Origin: a virus
Virus record (IMG/VR): IMGVR_UViG_3300032782_000007
Span: 1 to 64,000 of that record
DNA length: 64,000 nt
Reading direction: 5' to 3' (one strand)
Translations under genes and position numbers: made by a program
The notes under the pieces: model-generated
The model's input: the letters and a program-made list of their open reading frames with translations, nothing else
Told to the model about the DNA's origin: nothing
The model's database searches: none
Shown: positions 48,082-58,749 of the stretch, piece after piece
How positions within the stretch are numbered: position 1 is the stretch's first letter
Layout: each line of letters begins with the position of its first letter

Positions 48082-50331
48082 ATGCCCGGAATATCGACCC
48101 TAAACCGAGTGCGCTACGCGGGTCTCGACTTTGACACGACGCAGGACGAGATCCGCGCGCAGCTGCAAATTGCCTTCGCCTCTGAATTCAACGACCTTTC
48201 GGTAAGCTCGCTGGGGATTGTCCTCCTCGACATGATCGCGTTCGGGCTAGACACGCTGATGTTCTATCTCGACCGTCGAGCGACCGACATGTACTTGTCG
48301 ACCGCGCGGACGCGGACCTCGGTAGCGCTTCTTACGCGGCAACTCGGCTACAAGATGGCCGGCGCGGTGGCATCGTCGGTCGATCTCTCGGTGGCGCCGA
48401 CAAAAAGCTACGCCTTCGCGATTCCGATTCCGAAAGGCTTCCAATTTCAGGGCGCGGGGGGAGCGATTTATGAAACCGCCCAGACAGTTACGTTTTCCGT
48501 CGGCAGTACGGACCCTCTCTCGATCCCCTGTTACCAAGGACAGACCCTGAGCGAGTCGTTCGTATCCGACGGCACGCCTGAACAATCGTTTCAACTGGCG
48601 CGTGTGCCAACAGGGGCCGCGATCGTTCAGGGAACGGTGCAGGTAATCGTCAACGCCGCGCAGTTCTTCGAGAGCGAGTTCCTCACCTTCGACGCCACAA
48701 ACCAGTTTGAGATCGGCTACAACGATGATCCGCCGACGCTCCGATTTGGGGACGGCACCGCAGGCAATATCCCGGTGAAGAACGGGGCAGTCAATGTCTC
48801 CTACGTCGCCACGCTGGGAACCGCAGGAGGTGCCATTTCCGGTACGATCACGAAACCCGTTGCGCCACTGTCGGTGATGGGGCAGACGATCCAACTGTCG
48901 GCGACAAACCCCCTTGCGACCGAGGGTGGAAGCGATCTCGAAGATCTCACGCACGCTCAAATTTACGCGCCGCGAGTGTTCAAGTCGCGAGGTGTCGCAG
49001 TCACGCAAGGGGACTATGAGGCGCTAGCCGGATCGTACGTGGACCCGCTCTTCGGTCGCGTTGCCGTAGCCCAGGCGATCTCCGCACGTTCTGCTGATCA
49101 GGATCTCGAGCTTACGGGGTTGCTCGACACCATCACGAACAGCCTGGCATCGACCACGGCGACCATTACAACGGCACTTAACGACCCGTCTACCGGCGCG
49201 TATGCTCTCGCAGGCCTCATAAGCGCGGCCGTCACGCAAGCGCAGATCGATCTGAGTTCGATCGTGGTCGATTTGGTGACAATCGACACGAACCTTACGT
49301 CCTCGCTCGCGAGTGCACGGTCGATTAAATCGAACACCAGTGAGATCCAAGCCGACTACGGTGACGCGCACTCTGAGGACTCCGTTGCGAAGTCGAACTT
49401 GTCTGCGTTTCGATCGCTCATCGCAGGGCTCCCAGTCGCCTCGCCCTCTCAGCTGACGTCCGGTGATCAGACCTCCTATTTGGCGACGCTGGACGGACTT
49501 GCGGCCAGCCTGAGTAAAATCGATGGTTTGCTCACGCTCATCAACGGTTTGGCGGCAAGCGCTGGGGCCAGCGCAGACTCGCTCGCAACCGTTTTGAGCG
49601 CGACAAGGGATCTTCTCGAGAACACTGTAGGTACTGACGTGACCGCGGTTGGAACCCTGGTCAAGGATCTGAGCGATCAGCTGAGCGCGATCATCTCAAA
49701 CCTCGGCTCTGCGACTGTGCCGTACACGGGAGTCTACGCAGACCTCCATACGATCGACGACAGCAAGGCGCTGAACGCGACAACGATTGGAGCGGCGACG
49801 GGCGACATTTTCGACCACGTCGATACCATTTTGGCCGCGGACTGCGAAGCCAACCTCGTGGTGGTTCCGATCCTTGCGCGCGACGCCTCGGGTTTTTACG
49901 CAGGGCCGTCGAACGGTTTGATGCGATCCCTGCAGGCGTACCTGACCGGAATCAAAGAGGTTACCCAGACAGTACGAGTGGTCTCTGGAGCTGGCTTCCT
50001 GGTTCCGGCGGCGATTACAGTGCGGATCGGGATTACGGCGGGCACTTCGGACGCGATCACGCAGGCATCGGCGACCACGATCGTCGACGGTGTGTTGCGG
50101 GATCGAGCTTTCGGCGAATCTCTCTACCTGTCCGATCTCATCACACCACTTCAAACCCTGACGGGACTGGTTTTCGTGAACGTCACCATCAACGGATACC
50201 GGCCGGTGGGCGGCCCGACAATCCTCACAGACGGCATCGATGCCACGGGGAACTTGATCATCGACGACAGTCACGTAATCACGCTCTCCCAGAGCGACTT
50301 TGTCGTCACTACCGAGGTAGCAGGATCCTAA
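48082..50331 (+). CDS. Baseplate wedge gp6/gpJ-like with a helical insertion
   Basis: LDFD, LSTARTR..LGYK, FGDG..GNIP, AVTQGDYE. Confidence 0.9.
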   Translation: MPGISTLNRVRYAGLDFDTTQDEIRAQLQIAFASEFNDLSVSSLGIVLLDMIAFGLDTLMFYLDRRATDMYLSTARTRTSVALLTRQLGYKMAGAVASSVDLSVAPTKSYAFAIPIPKGFQFQGAGGAIYETAQTVTFSVGSTDPLSIPCYQGQTLSESFVSDGTPEQSFQLARVPTGAAIVQGTVQVIVNAAQFFESEFLTFDATNQFEIGYNDDPPTLRFGDGTAGNIPVKNGAVNVSYVATLGTAGGAISGTITKPVAPLSVMGQTIQLSATNPLATEGGSDLEDLTHAQIYAPRVFKSRGVAVTQGDYEALAGSYVDPLFGRVAVAQAISARSADQDLELTGLLDTITNSLASTTATITTALNDPSTGAYALAGLISAAVTQAQIDLSSIVVDLVTIDTNLTSSLASARSIKSNTSEIQADYGDAHSEDSVAKSNLSAFRSLIAGLPVASPSQLTSGDQTSYLATLDGLAASLSKIDGLLTLINGLAASAGASADSLATVLSATRDLLENTVGTDVTAVGTLVKDLSDQLSAIISNLGSATVPYTGVYADLHTIDDSKALNATTIGAATGDIFDHVDTILAADCEANLVVVPILARDASGFYAGPSNGLMRSLQAYLTGIKEVTQTVRVVSGAGFLVPAAITVRIGITAGTSDAITQASATTIVDGVLRDRAFGESLYLSDLITPLQTLTGLVFVNVTINGYRPVGGPTILTDGIDATGNLIIDDSHVITLSQSDFVVTTEVAGS

Positions 50332-50340
50332 GGAGAAGCC

Positions 50341-50781
50341 GTGACCCTTTTCGATACCCAGCACATCCAGGCGACGATGGTCGAACAGGGATTCGACGGA
50401 ACTGCCAGTCTGGGGAACTTACTGGCCCCGGAGAATACACTCATCTTCTATCGAAACACCACGAAGGTCTATACGATCGCGGTCACCTACGACACAGGGA
50501 AACCCGTAGATCTGACAGGCGGTTCTCTTGTATTCTCGGTCAAATCCGAAATGTCCGACGAGCGCCCGGTCCTCTACAAGAACTCTGCGAGCAGCGCCGA
50601 TCTTGTGATTGCGGCGGGTCGCGGAGGGCTTGGCACCCTTTTGATTCGGCCGAACGACACCAAGAGACTTCCTATCAAGGAGTACTGGTACGATCTTTGG
50701 GTAACGCTCGCCAGCGGGGCGCAGACACCGGTCATCGGTCCCTCGGTGTTGGATCTTCGTGGGGCGATTGGGAGTATCTAA
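50341..50781 (+). CDS. BppU-like baseplate protein
   Basis: PVDLTG..FSVK...DT..L...YWYD. Confidence 0.6.
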   Translation: MTLFDTQHIQATMVEQGFDGTASLGNLLAPENTLIFYRNTTKVYTIAVTYDTGKPVDLTGGSLVFSVKSEMSDERPVLYKNSASSADLVIAAGRGGLGTLLIRPNDTKRLPIKEYWYDLWVTLASGAQTPVIGPSVLDLRGAIGSI

Positions 50782-51986
50782 TGGCGACGACGTCACGACT
50801 TGGAATCACTTACCCGGACGAGAAGTCGCGCTCGTGGTTCGACAGCTTCACCGCGATGATGGGGCAGATCGACGAGGCGCTCTACGCGGGCCGAGAAGAT
50901 CGCAATATCGTACTGAGCGGAGGAGGGACGTTTACGTTCTCCGCCTCAACGGGCGTTTTGGCGTGGACGTCCGCAATCGCGGTGCTGGCGCCGATTACCG
51001 GTTACCAGTGGCAGATCGCTGCGGGCAACGTGACTCTCGCCGACGGTCAACTCTTCTACATCACAGTCGCACGCGGTCCTCAATCCACCTCGAGCTACTC
51101 GACTGTTGTCGGGGCAACAGTTCCGAACGAGCCTTTCGGGGATTCCCAGCTCCTCATCGGGTGGCGCTCAGGCTCGCGCGTTTATTTCCGGAACGGGCTT
51201 TCCATCTACAGCGGTGAAACGAAGAGTCTGCTCGGTCCGTCCCCCCAGGGGTGGGTTACGGTGATGGACCTCGACCTCACAACTAGCGGCACGCAGTCAA
51301 TCAACGCGGACGGCAACTACACGATCGGTGGATTTTCCTTCAAGAAGGAGAACTCCGCGCAGGATCGGATCGCCATGGCACTTACGGCGAGCACAGGCCT
51401 TGTGATTCAGCCAACGACGTCCGCGTACACAAACGCTTCGCGAACAGCGCCGCTTCTTTGGGTGGCCCTCTCCCAGTTCGGAATCGTCGATCTTGACGTG
51501 ACCACGAAATTTAGGGTCTACGTATCCGTTTCAGCCACGTCGGGAGATGGAACGTCAGGCGACTTCACTTTTGCGGGACTCGATAGCGACTCGACCGCGA
51601 TGGCCTGGTGGTTCCAAAGAGGCAACAACGGCTCGTCAGGCCAGTTGAAAGTGGGCGTACGCAACTCGGGTGGCGACACGGGGACCAACTCGACGCTTTC
51701 TGGCGGATACGGAGCGAGCAACGTGACTACGCGGCTCGATATTCCTCAACTGAACGGCGCAGTCCAGCAAGCGGCCGCATACATCGGCGTTGCGCCCTCG
51801 GGCTCGGGCTTCCCGACGACCGTTCAGGGGCAGTCGTCTCAGCAGGTGGCCCTGGGCGCGAGCACGAACATGGGATTCTCCAACCTGAGTACAGGGCTCG
51901 GGTTCGTCATCGGCGCGGCGGCTGCGAACGGCACCGATCACTACTCGACAACGATTACGCGAATTCGGCTCGATTATAGGAACTAG
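50781..51986 (+). CDS. Tail fibre/virion structural protein
   Basis: T..LGITYP N-terminus; beta-rich S/T/G composition. Confidence 0.65.
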   Translation: MATTSRLGITYPDEKSRSWFDSFTAMMGQIDEALYAGREDRNIVLSGGGTFTFSASTGVLAWTSAIAVLAPITGYQWQIAAGNVTLADGQLFYITVARGPQSTSSYSTVVGATVPNEPFGDSQLLIGWRSGSRVYFRNGLSIYSGETKSLLGPSPQGWVTVMDLDLTTSGTQSINADGNYTIGGFSFKKENSAQDRIAMALTASTGLVIQPTTSAYTNASRTAPLLWVALSQFGIVDLDVTTKFRVYVSVSATSGDGTSGDFTFAGLDSDSTAMAWWFQRGNNGSSGQLKVGVRNSGGDTGTNSTLSGGYGASNVTTRLDIPQLNGAVQQAAAYIGVAPSGSGFPTTVQGQSSQQVALGASTNMGFSNLSTGLGFVIGAAAANGTDHYSTTITRIRLDYRN

Positions 51987-51988
51987 GT

Positions 51989-54871
51989 ATGGCAGGGTTC
52001 GGGGATGATCCGTTTGGAGATGGACCGTTCGGCGAGGCCGAGTGGTCGGAGGTCGTCCTCTACAAACAGCTCCCTGGGATCTACCAAGATCAAGACGAGG
52101 CGCAAGGCTACCCACTTCAAACGTGGATGAACGCAATCGTTCCGCTGTTCGATCGCGGACTAGAAAAGGCGGAGACGTGGCGAGACCTTCGCGATCCTCT
52201 GCGTGTGACGACGCGTTACGACCAGGTCGTCACAATCACTTTGGGGCGGATCAAAGATCCTGACGCCCCAATCGAACAGCGAGGGGCGGACGGTACGATC
52301 ACCTCCGATCGGAGCTTCTCGTCGCCTACAGCTAGATTCGACTCTACCGACCTCGGCAAGACGCTGACGGTGCTTACGTCGGGGCTTCCGTCGAACAACC
52401 GCACGGTTGTGATCAGCGCCGTTACGAACACTACGACGGTGCGAACGAACCCGCCGCTCCTTACGGACCCGATCCCGTTCAAATGGTTCGTGAAGGGATT
52501 CCCTCTGATACCGCCCGGAGAGATGGCGTTCGAGGTCGTAAGCGGCGACGTCGGCGCAATCGGACCCGCCTGGATCCTCAACGACGGTGCTAGCGACTTC
52601 ACCGTACTCAGTCGCTCCAGATTTTTCCCATTTGGCTCGGAAACCAGGCTTCTCACGGAACGCGAGGGCTCTCAGGGAACGGCCTTGAGTGACGGCCGCT
52701 TTCAAGCGGAGGTGGAATTCGCCCAGACGGACGTAGGCAAACCGTTTACGGTGTCAGGGTCTTCGCTCCCAGCGAACAACGTCAAGAGTCAGATCTACGC
52801 GGTAGACGTTGCCGATCCCACGAAGATTTCTCTGACAGAGTCGATCACGCTAGGGACGGGGTTGAACCGCGGCGTCATCTATGCCCTGCAGCCCGGAGTG
52901 GCAGGTGTCAGTGTAGAGCACGTCGTGGACGGCGCGTCGCAACCGCTCTCGGTGCGCGTCAGAGAATCGAGAATCACGGTGGCCTTGGCCACGGATGGTT
53001 CGAGCCACCCAACGAGCACTGCAGGTGCGGTAGCCGCCGCCGTTACGGCCAGCCCGGAGGCGTCTCCTCTCGTAACGGCCGTCGCGGCGGGAACGGGTCT
53101 GGGAGTGGCAGAGGTCGCAGTACTCACGGAGATCCCAGGCGCAGCCCTTCTGTTGGACGGAGGCCCGCTGACCTGGGCGCTTCTACCGTACCCCGAACTC
53201 CTGTTAGCGACGGCCTCACCCCCTGCGGGCATTATCGAGCAGAGTGGGACCGATCTCGTGCTCTCCGGAGGAAGTGCGTTCTCCGCCGCGAGCGCAACGT
53301 TGATTGCGACCGACGTCGGGAATCAGCTGGTGATTCGCGGCTCGGCTCTCGGCAACGACGGCGTGTACCCGATTGCGACGGTTACTGGGCCTACTTCCGG
53401 CACTGTAACCGTCATCTCGCCGCTTAGCGCGGAATCGGGCCTCACATGGGAGATCCGGACACCGTCGCGTCAGGCAGACGCAACAACAGTGACGGTCCGG
53501 GCACCATCGCAGATCGAACTGCTCGGCGCGGACTTTGACCTAGACATCGACACCACTCAAAGCGAGGCGAGGCAGCGTAGCTGGGTCGAAAGCTCGATTC
53601 AGTGGATGGAGGTGAAAGGGGTCGCAAATAGCTACCGAATCATCGGCCTTCTCTCAGGTTACGACGTCGAAACTACGGCGCTCTATCGAGTGTCACGAGC
53701 CGTATACAGCGCGATCCCGTCGATGAACCGCGTACTGGACGCCGAAACTGGCGCGGGACGCGCAGGAACTGACGGTCAGCTCACGCAAGTCGGCTCAGAT
53801 GTGCATTTCGTATCGGCGACGGCCGCTCTCCGTGCCTCGGACATCGGCCGCGTGCTGGATCTCAGCAACTGCTCGACCGGCGGAAACGACGATCTGTTCA
53901 CGATCACGGCGTGGGTGAGCCCGACGGAGGTCGTTCTGGGATCGCCACCAACGGCTACCGCGCCGGACAACGGCACCGGAGGTACATTGACGAGCCCCAC
54001 CATCGTGTGGGCCGTCGCAAGGCTCTATACGGATCTTCCGCCAACGAGGCCCCTCTACGACGACGTAAACGTGGAGTTGATGCAGCAGATTGTAGGTCCC
54101 ACGCACTTCCTGATGGACACCTACTGCTGGGACAGCTCGCAAACCGATCAGTTTACGATCGACATCACCAACGTCACCCCCTCGACAACATTTGGAATCC
54201 CCTCGTACATCACGGTAGAGGTCACAGGGATCCTTCAGGGAACAGGGAACTACTCGACCGCCCGGGTGATGGGCGTTGCGTCGGCATGGCAGATCACCGA
54301 CTCCAACGGTACGCTCTACTACACAGAGAGCCTGCCCACGCTCACGGCGGCGGGGCCTCCTGAAGTTTGTACGTTCCTCGTATATGGGGCGAACGTGCCG
54401 GCGCTGGGAACAGCGACGATGAAGTACATCTGCGACGAGACGACGTCGTGCGACTACTGCAAAGCTGCCGCGATCAAGGTCGCCATCACGCCTACAACGA
54501 TTTTGAACGATCTGAATGTCGACCTTGATCGCGCACTTACCATGCTGGAAGCGCGGCTCGAGTCGGAGCCCAGGCCGGCACATGTCCGCCTCATCATCAG
54601 CGCCCTGAGTCCGCCGCCGATTTTCCGATCCATGTCGCCGGTGTTCGGAGTGACGGGAGGAGGAACGGCGTTCGAGATTATCGGCGAGGGCTTTGTCGAT
54701 GGAGCGACAGTAACGTTTGGAGGTACACCGGCCACTGGAATTGTCGTTGTGGACTCCGAGCACATCACCGGTCTGAGCCCGGCGGGGACAGGGCTCGTCG
54801 ACGTCGTGGTTACGAACCCCGATACTCAGACCACCGGATCTGAAGGTCATGACGCCTACCAGTACCTCTGA
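51989..54871 (+). CDS. Baseplate wedge gp7/P2 gpI-like protein with inserted repeats and a C-terminal IPT/TIG domain
   Basis: LYKQLPGIY..D; LLG.DF...RQR..W..KG; SP..G...GGT..I.GEGFVDGATVTFGG. Confidence 0.7.
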   Translation: MAGFGDDPFGDGPFGEAEWSEVVLYKQLPGIYQDQDEAQGYPLQTWMNAIVPLFDRGLEKAETWRDLRDPLRVTTRYDQVVTITLGRIKDPDAPIEQRGADGTITSDRSFSSPTARFDSTDLGKTLTVLTSGLPSNNRTVVISAVTNTTTVRTNPPLLTDPIPFKWFVKGFPLIPPGEMAFEVVSGDVGAIGPAWILNDGASDFTVLSRSRFFPFGSETRLLTEREGSQGTALSDGRFQAEVEFAQTDVGKPFTVSGSSLPANNVKSQIYAVDVADPTKISLTESITLGTGLNRGVIYALQPGVAGVSVEHVVDGASQPLSVRVRESRITVALATDGSSHPTSTAGAVAAAVTASPEASPLVTAVAAGTGLGVAEVAVLTEIPGAALLLDGGPLTWALLPYPELLLATASPPAGIIEQSGTDLVLSGGSAFSAASATLIATDVGNQLVIRGSALGNDGVYPIATVTGPTSGTVTVISPLSAESGLTWEIRTPSRQADATTVTVRAPSQIELLGADFDLDIDTTQSEARQRSWVESSIQWMEVKGVANSYRIIGLLSGYDVETTALYRVSRAVYSAIPSMNRVLDAETGAGRAGTDGQLTQVGSDVHFVSATAALRASDIGRVLDLSNCSTGGNDDLFTITAWVSPTEVVLGSPPTATAPDNGTGGTLTSPTIVWAVARLYTDLPPTRPLYDDVNVELMQQIVGPTHFLMDTYCWDSSQTDQFTIDITNVTPSTTFGIPSYITVEVTGILQGTGNYSTARVMGVASAWQITDSNGTLYYTESLPTLTAAGPPEVCTFLVYGANVPALGTATMKYICDETTSCDYCKAAAIKVAITPTTILNDLNVDLDRALTMLEARLESEPRPAHVRLIISALSPPPIFRSMSPVFGVTGGGTAFEIIGEGFVDGATVTFGGTPATGIVVVDSEHITGLSPAGTGLVDVVVTNPDTQTTGSEGHDAYQYL

Positions 54872-54895
54872 AGGTCATGACGCCTACCAGTACCT
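54840..54895 (+). repeat. Perfect 28-bp tandem duplication
   Basis: CTGAAGGTCATGACGCCTACCAGTACCT x2. Confidence 0.95.
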
Positions 54896-54896
54896 C

Positions 54897-55103
54897 ACGG
54901 CGGCACCGACTTTTATCTCGATTACGCCCGACACGGGCACGGTTGGCGGTTGGCGGTGGCACCCCATTCACTATTTCGGGTACGAACTTCGTAAGTGGCG
55001 CAACAACCCGATGTACCTGATCGCCGACGGATCTGGAACCAACCAGATGCCTATCTGGTTCGCGCGAATAACCGCCCTTTCGGCAGTTGGGGTCATTCCG
55101 TGA
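54897..55103 (+). pseudogene. Disrupted second IPT/TIG domain
   Basis: TAAPTFISITPDTGTVG then GTPFTISGTNFVSGAT, split by a 7-bp duplication (54940-54953). Confidence 0.7.
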
Positions 55104-55129
55104 TTGCGGACTCTGCTAGGATTTAGGAC

Positions 55130-57070
55130 ATGCCGACCACGGTTAGCACATTTTCCTCGAGCGAGATCGCCCTCAACTGGGAGGAGTTGTACGTCTCTGA
55201 GGGCATCAACCGCGACGTCGCGTCGTTTGTCGGTCCTGGCATTCAACGGGGATTCCGTCTCGGGACGAGCGGCACCAACCTCAACGTAGCGGTCACCGCT
55301 GACAGCCTCACTACGGACCACGCAGCGGCAATCCGTGTGGCAGACGGACACGTCCTCGGGATCAAACGTACCGGGGGAACGTTCAACCTCGACCTCACCG
55401 CGTACACAAACAAAACGGTCGTCGTCGCTATTTATGCGACGTACGCCACGTCTGCGACTACGACCGGTGTAATTCGCGCCTATCAGCTCTCACCCTCGGA
55501 CGAGTTCACGGGCGCCGCTGAACGCGCCATTCTCGTTGTTCTTGGAACCGTGGTTGTTCCGGGCTCTGGAACGATTCCCGCGGCAAACATCTCGTACGGC
55601 TATCGAAACGAGGCTTGGGACGGTCGAAACGAGCAGCAGGTCGAGCCTGCTCAGCTGATTCAAAACGGAAGCTTCGAGTACAGCACGGCGCCTGGAACGG
55701 GCGTACATTCGGCGTGGTTTTGGGAACTTGTCGCAGGAGCTGGCGGGTCTGCCTCGAACTGGCAGACAGAGAACGCAGACCCGGCAATTTCAGGTGAATC
55801 CCGGGACCTGATCCTGAAGTACGACTCGGGTGTCGGAGCCGTGGTCTCCACGTACAAACAGTACTTGGACGCGCGCGTTTCTGCGGGAAACATCCTTCGG
55901 TTGAAGCTGAAGGTGAAGGTTCTGCACGTAACGACCGGTGGATCGTTTCAAGTGGTTCTGCACTACTTGGACGCCACGCACTCGGAGACGATCTCGCCGA
56001 CAACGACTACGATCACGACGAGTAGCACGGACGCCTCCTACCGGCAGATCGACGTGCTCATAACGGTTCCGGCCTCCTCGGCCTTCCTCTACTACATCGA
56101 GCTAAAGGGTAACAACATCACCCTTGCGTCGACGAACAGCGTTCTACGCGTGGACGATGTGCAGCTCTGGGTGGACACGCGTTCGGCATCGACTCCTCGA
56201 CCGCCGCAGAATGAGCGTGCGCGGCTGCTATTGGCGGAGCTTTTCACGCTGGTGGCAAAGGACGGACTGTTCGGAGCACCCGCGGGGCAGCTCACGCTGG
56301 ATAACACGGTCAGCAGCGAACCGGCGATCATCGTCGATCGTCAGGATCAAACGGTTAACGACGACTCCAATCGGCCGCCCCTGATGAAGGTACTCGGCCG
56401 GATCGAGGCCGGCAGAGGCATCCACGGAGGCAACCGCAACGTCGAGGCGATGGCCACGCCGTGGAAGCTGTCGGCGGGCGGAAAGGTTCCGTACACGCTT
56501 TGCTGGACAAGCGCGCCCGAGTCGGGTTCTCACGTGGTGGCGCGGCTTTTCGTGGGAACCGATGGAAGTGTGATGTTCACCTCGAACGCCGGGCTGGCGA
56601 GCGATTCGACGCCGACAACCTGGAATCGCGATGTGAGCGCGGACTCCTACCGTCTGTTTGCGACGACAAGCTCTGCCACTCTCGGCGCGCATCCACGGCT
56701 CGAGTTTCGAAGCTCCGGAGCCTCGAACGGATGGCTCGAGACGGATTGGACGATCATTTGGGATCCCTACGCGGATGTTCTCCAGACGGAAGCGTTCACG
56801 ACAACAGGATCTTGCGGCGACAACGTACGACTTTTCACAGTCGACTCCACAGGCGGAGCATTCGCCCTGACGCTCCCAGATCCTAGTGCGAACGCACTAA
56901 AGGCGTTCGTGTTCAAGGACATCGGGTTCATGTGCGCGACCAACAACGTCGCGCTTACACCGTTCGGAGGAGAACGGATTGAAGGGCTTGCGACCGCGTA
57001 CTCCATGGACGCGGACGGTCTGAACCTAACACTCTGGTCGGACGGTACCGACTGGTGGATCATCGGGTGA
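55130..57070 (+). CDS. Tail fibre protein with a carbohydrate-binding-like domain
   Basis: LIQNGSFE...RVDDVQL; C-terminal DSTGGAFALTLP...SDGTDWWI. Confidence 0.7.
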   Translation: MPTTVSTFSSSEIALNWEELYVSEGINRDVASFVGPGIQRGFRLGTSGTNLNVAVTADSLTTDHAAAIRVADGHVLGIKRTGGTFNLDLTAYTNKTVVVAIYATYATSATTTGVIRAYQLSPSDEFTGAAERAILVVLGTVVVPGSGTIPAANISYGYRNEAWDGRNEQQVEPAQLIQNGSFEYSTAPGTGVHSAWFWELVAGAGGSASNWQTENADPAISGESRDLILKYDSGVGAVVSTYKQYLDARVSAGNILRLKLKVKVLHVTTGGSFQVVLHYLDATHSETISPTTTTITTSSTDASYRQIDVLITVPASSAFLYYIELKGNNITLASTNSVLRVDDVQLWVDTRSASTPRPPQNERARLLLAELFTLVAKDGLFGAPAGQLTLDNTVSSEPAIIVDRQDQTVNDDSNRPPLMKVLGRIEAGRGIHGGNRNVEAMATPWKLSAGGKVPYTLCWTSAPESGSHVVARLFVGTDGSVMFTSNAGLASDSTPTTWNRDVSADSYRLFATTSSATLGAHPRLEFRSSGASNGWLETDWTIIWDPYADVLQTEAFTTTGSCGDNVRLFTVDSTGGAFALTLPDPSANALKAFVFKDIGFMCATNNVALTPFGGERIEGLATAYSMDADGLNLTLWSDGTDWWIIG

Positions 57071-57074
57071 TCTT

Positions 57075-57896
57075 ATGCAGCTCCATCGAGTTTTATTCGA
57101 TGTGGCGGGAAGCTACACCTTCGACGTCCCCGGCGGAATCACCCTAATCAGGGTTCGGGGATGCGGCGGAGGCGGTGGTGGCGGTGCCGCAGGATCTTTG
57201 TCCGATACGGACGGTTCAGGGCGGGGCGCCGGAGGCGGAGGCGCCTGTATGGGCGATGTGTTTCTCACCGTTTCTCCCGGGCCGTTGGCAGTGGTTGTCG
57301 GTTCGGGGGGCGCTGGGGGCGTGGTCGGCGTGGGGCCGGTGCCGGGCGGCGATGGCGGAGATAGCTCTGTAGGGGGTATCACGTTTTTCGGTGCGATGGG
57401 AGGAGGTTCCGGGGATATCGGGTACATCCCTGGGGGTCTTCCTGTACGACAAGGAACTCCTGCGACAACTGTTAGTGGCGCCGCAATCGCCGTTGTTTTT
57501 CCGATGATGAGTTATCCCATCGCCGGTCAAGGCGGAATGGCAGGAACCACGGCGATTGACGAGGCATTCGTTTCCGCAGGCGTTTACATGGATGGTGGAA
57601 GTACGAGCGCTAGTCCAGGCGGACCTAGAGGGCACAGTGATCCTACCGCAAGTACGTATCTCGACACGGGTGGGGGTGGAGGCGGTGCGAGTGAGTGGCC
57701 GGGAAATGTCCCGGGTGGCGGAGCGGATGCATTTTTGGCTACAGACCCGTTAGGTCAGAATGGCGCATCTGGCGGAGCGGGAACCCTTGGGGCGGGCGGC
57801 GGCGGGGGTGCCGGGGGTAGTGGTGGAGGTTCCGGTCAAGGGGGCAACGGTGGTAACGGCGGCGACGGCGTTATCGAGATCACGTGGTGGACCTAA
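57075..57896 (+). CDS. Glycine-rich fibre-tip protein 1
   Basis: GGGGASEWPGNV, GTLGAGGGGG, ends ITWWT. Confidence 0.75.
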   Translation: MQLHRVLFDVAGSYTFDVPGGITLIRVRGCGGGGGGGAAGSLSDTDGSGRGAGGGGACMGDVFLTVSPGPLAVVVGSGGAGGVVGVGPVPGGDGGDSSVGGITFFGAMGGGSGDIGYIPGGLPVRQGTPATTVSGAAIAVVFPMMSYPIAGQGGMAGTTAIDEAFVSAGVYMDGGSTSASPGGPRGHSDPTASTYLDTGGGGGGASEWPGNVPGGGADAFLATDPLGQNGASGGAGTLGAGGGGGAGGSGGGSGQGGNGGNGGDGVIEITWWT

Positions 57897-58748
57897 ATGG
57901 GGCGCGCGCATAGACAGACATTTACCTCGCCCGGAGGGGGCACTTTTACGGTCCCTGCAGGGGTGTTTTGGTTGCTTGTTCGGGGGATCGGCGCAGGTGG
58001 TGGAGGCGGCGGTGCGGGCGGTCCAATCGTAGCCTCCACGCCAGGATCTGGCGGAGGCGGAGGAGGTGGGGCCAAGCTAGGTCAATTTGTGGTAGCAGTT
58101 GTTCCCGGGACCACCTACACCTACACGGTGGCCGCGGGAGGCGCCGGCGGTGCCGGAGGCGCTACTGGCGTTCACGACGGAAACCCAGGATCAGACGGCG
58201 GGGATTCCGATTTCAACGGCACGCTGTTCTTCTTTGGCGCAATGGGCGGCGCGGCCGGTGTCTACTCGGCAGGGACGACAGCAGCTGTTTACCCGATCAC
58301 GGTTGGGGGCTTCTCTGGGCGGACCGGGGTGGCTCCGAAGGTGATCAAACAGACGATCGCTGGAGCAGGCTTCTCTATCTTCTCCGCACTTCCAGCGCCC
58401 GGGCAGGGAGGACTAGCCTCCTTGACTGCGCCGTCGACGGTCATTCAAGCGTTCTACAACACATTACGTGGTGGGGGGACGGCAGTCGCGTTGGGAGGTC
58501 TTGGTGGGGCGCTTACAAATGGTACCAACGCAGGCGGTGGCGGCGGCGCATCAGAATGGCCCGGGAACGTTCCAGGAGTCGGAGGGGACGCTCAGAGCAC
58601 GCTGGGATCGGGCCATCCGGGGCTAGCGGGTGGAAACGGAACACTGGGCGCAGGCGGCGGCGGAGGCGGAGGCGGAGGCACCGGGGGCGTGGGCGGTACG
58701 GGCGGGAACGGCGGCGATGGTGCGATCGAATTGATTTGGTGGACCTAA
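57897..58748 (+). CDS. Glycine-rich fibre-tip protein 2
   Basis: Paralog of the 57075 gene. Confidence 0.75.
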   Translation: MGRAHRQTFTSPGGGTFTVPAGVFWLLVRGIGAGGGGGGAGGPIVASTPGSGGGGGGGAKLGQFVVAVVPGTTYTYTVAAGGAGGAGGATGVHDGNPGSDGGDSDFNGTLFFFGAMGGAAGVYSAGTTAAVYPITVGGFSGRTGVAPKVIKQTIAGAGFSIFSALPAPGQGGLASLTAPSTVIQAFYNTLRGGGTAVALGGLGGALTNGTNAGGGGGASEWPGNVPGVGGDAQSTLGSGHPGLAGGNGTLGAGGGGGGGGGTGGVGGTGGNGGDGAIELIWWT

Positions 58749-58749
58749 C

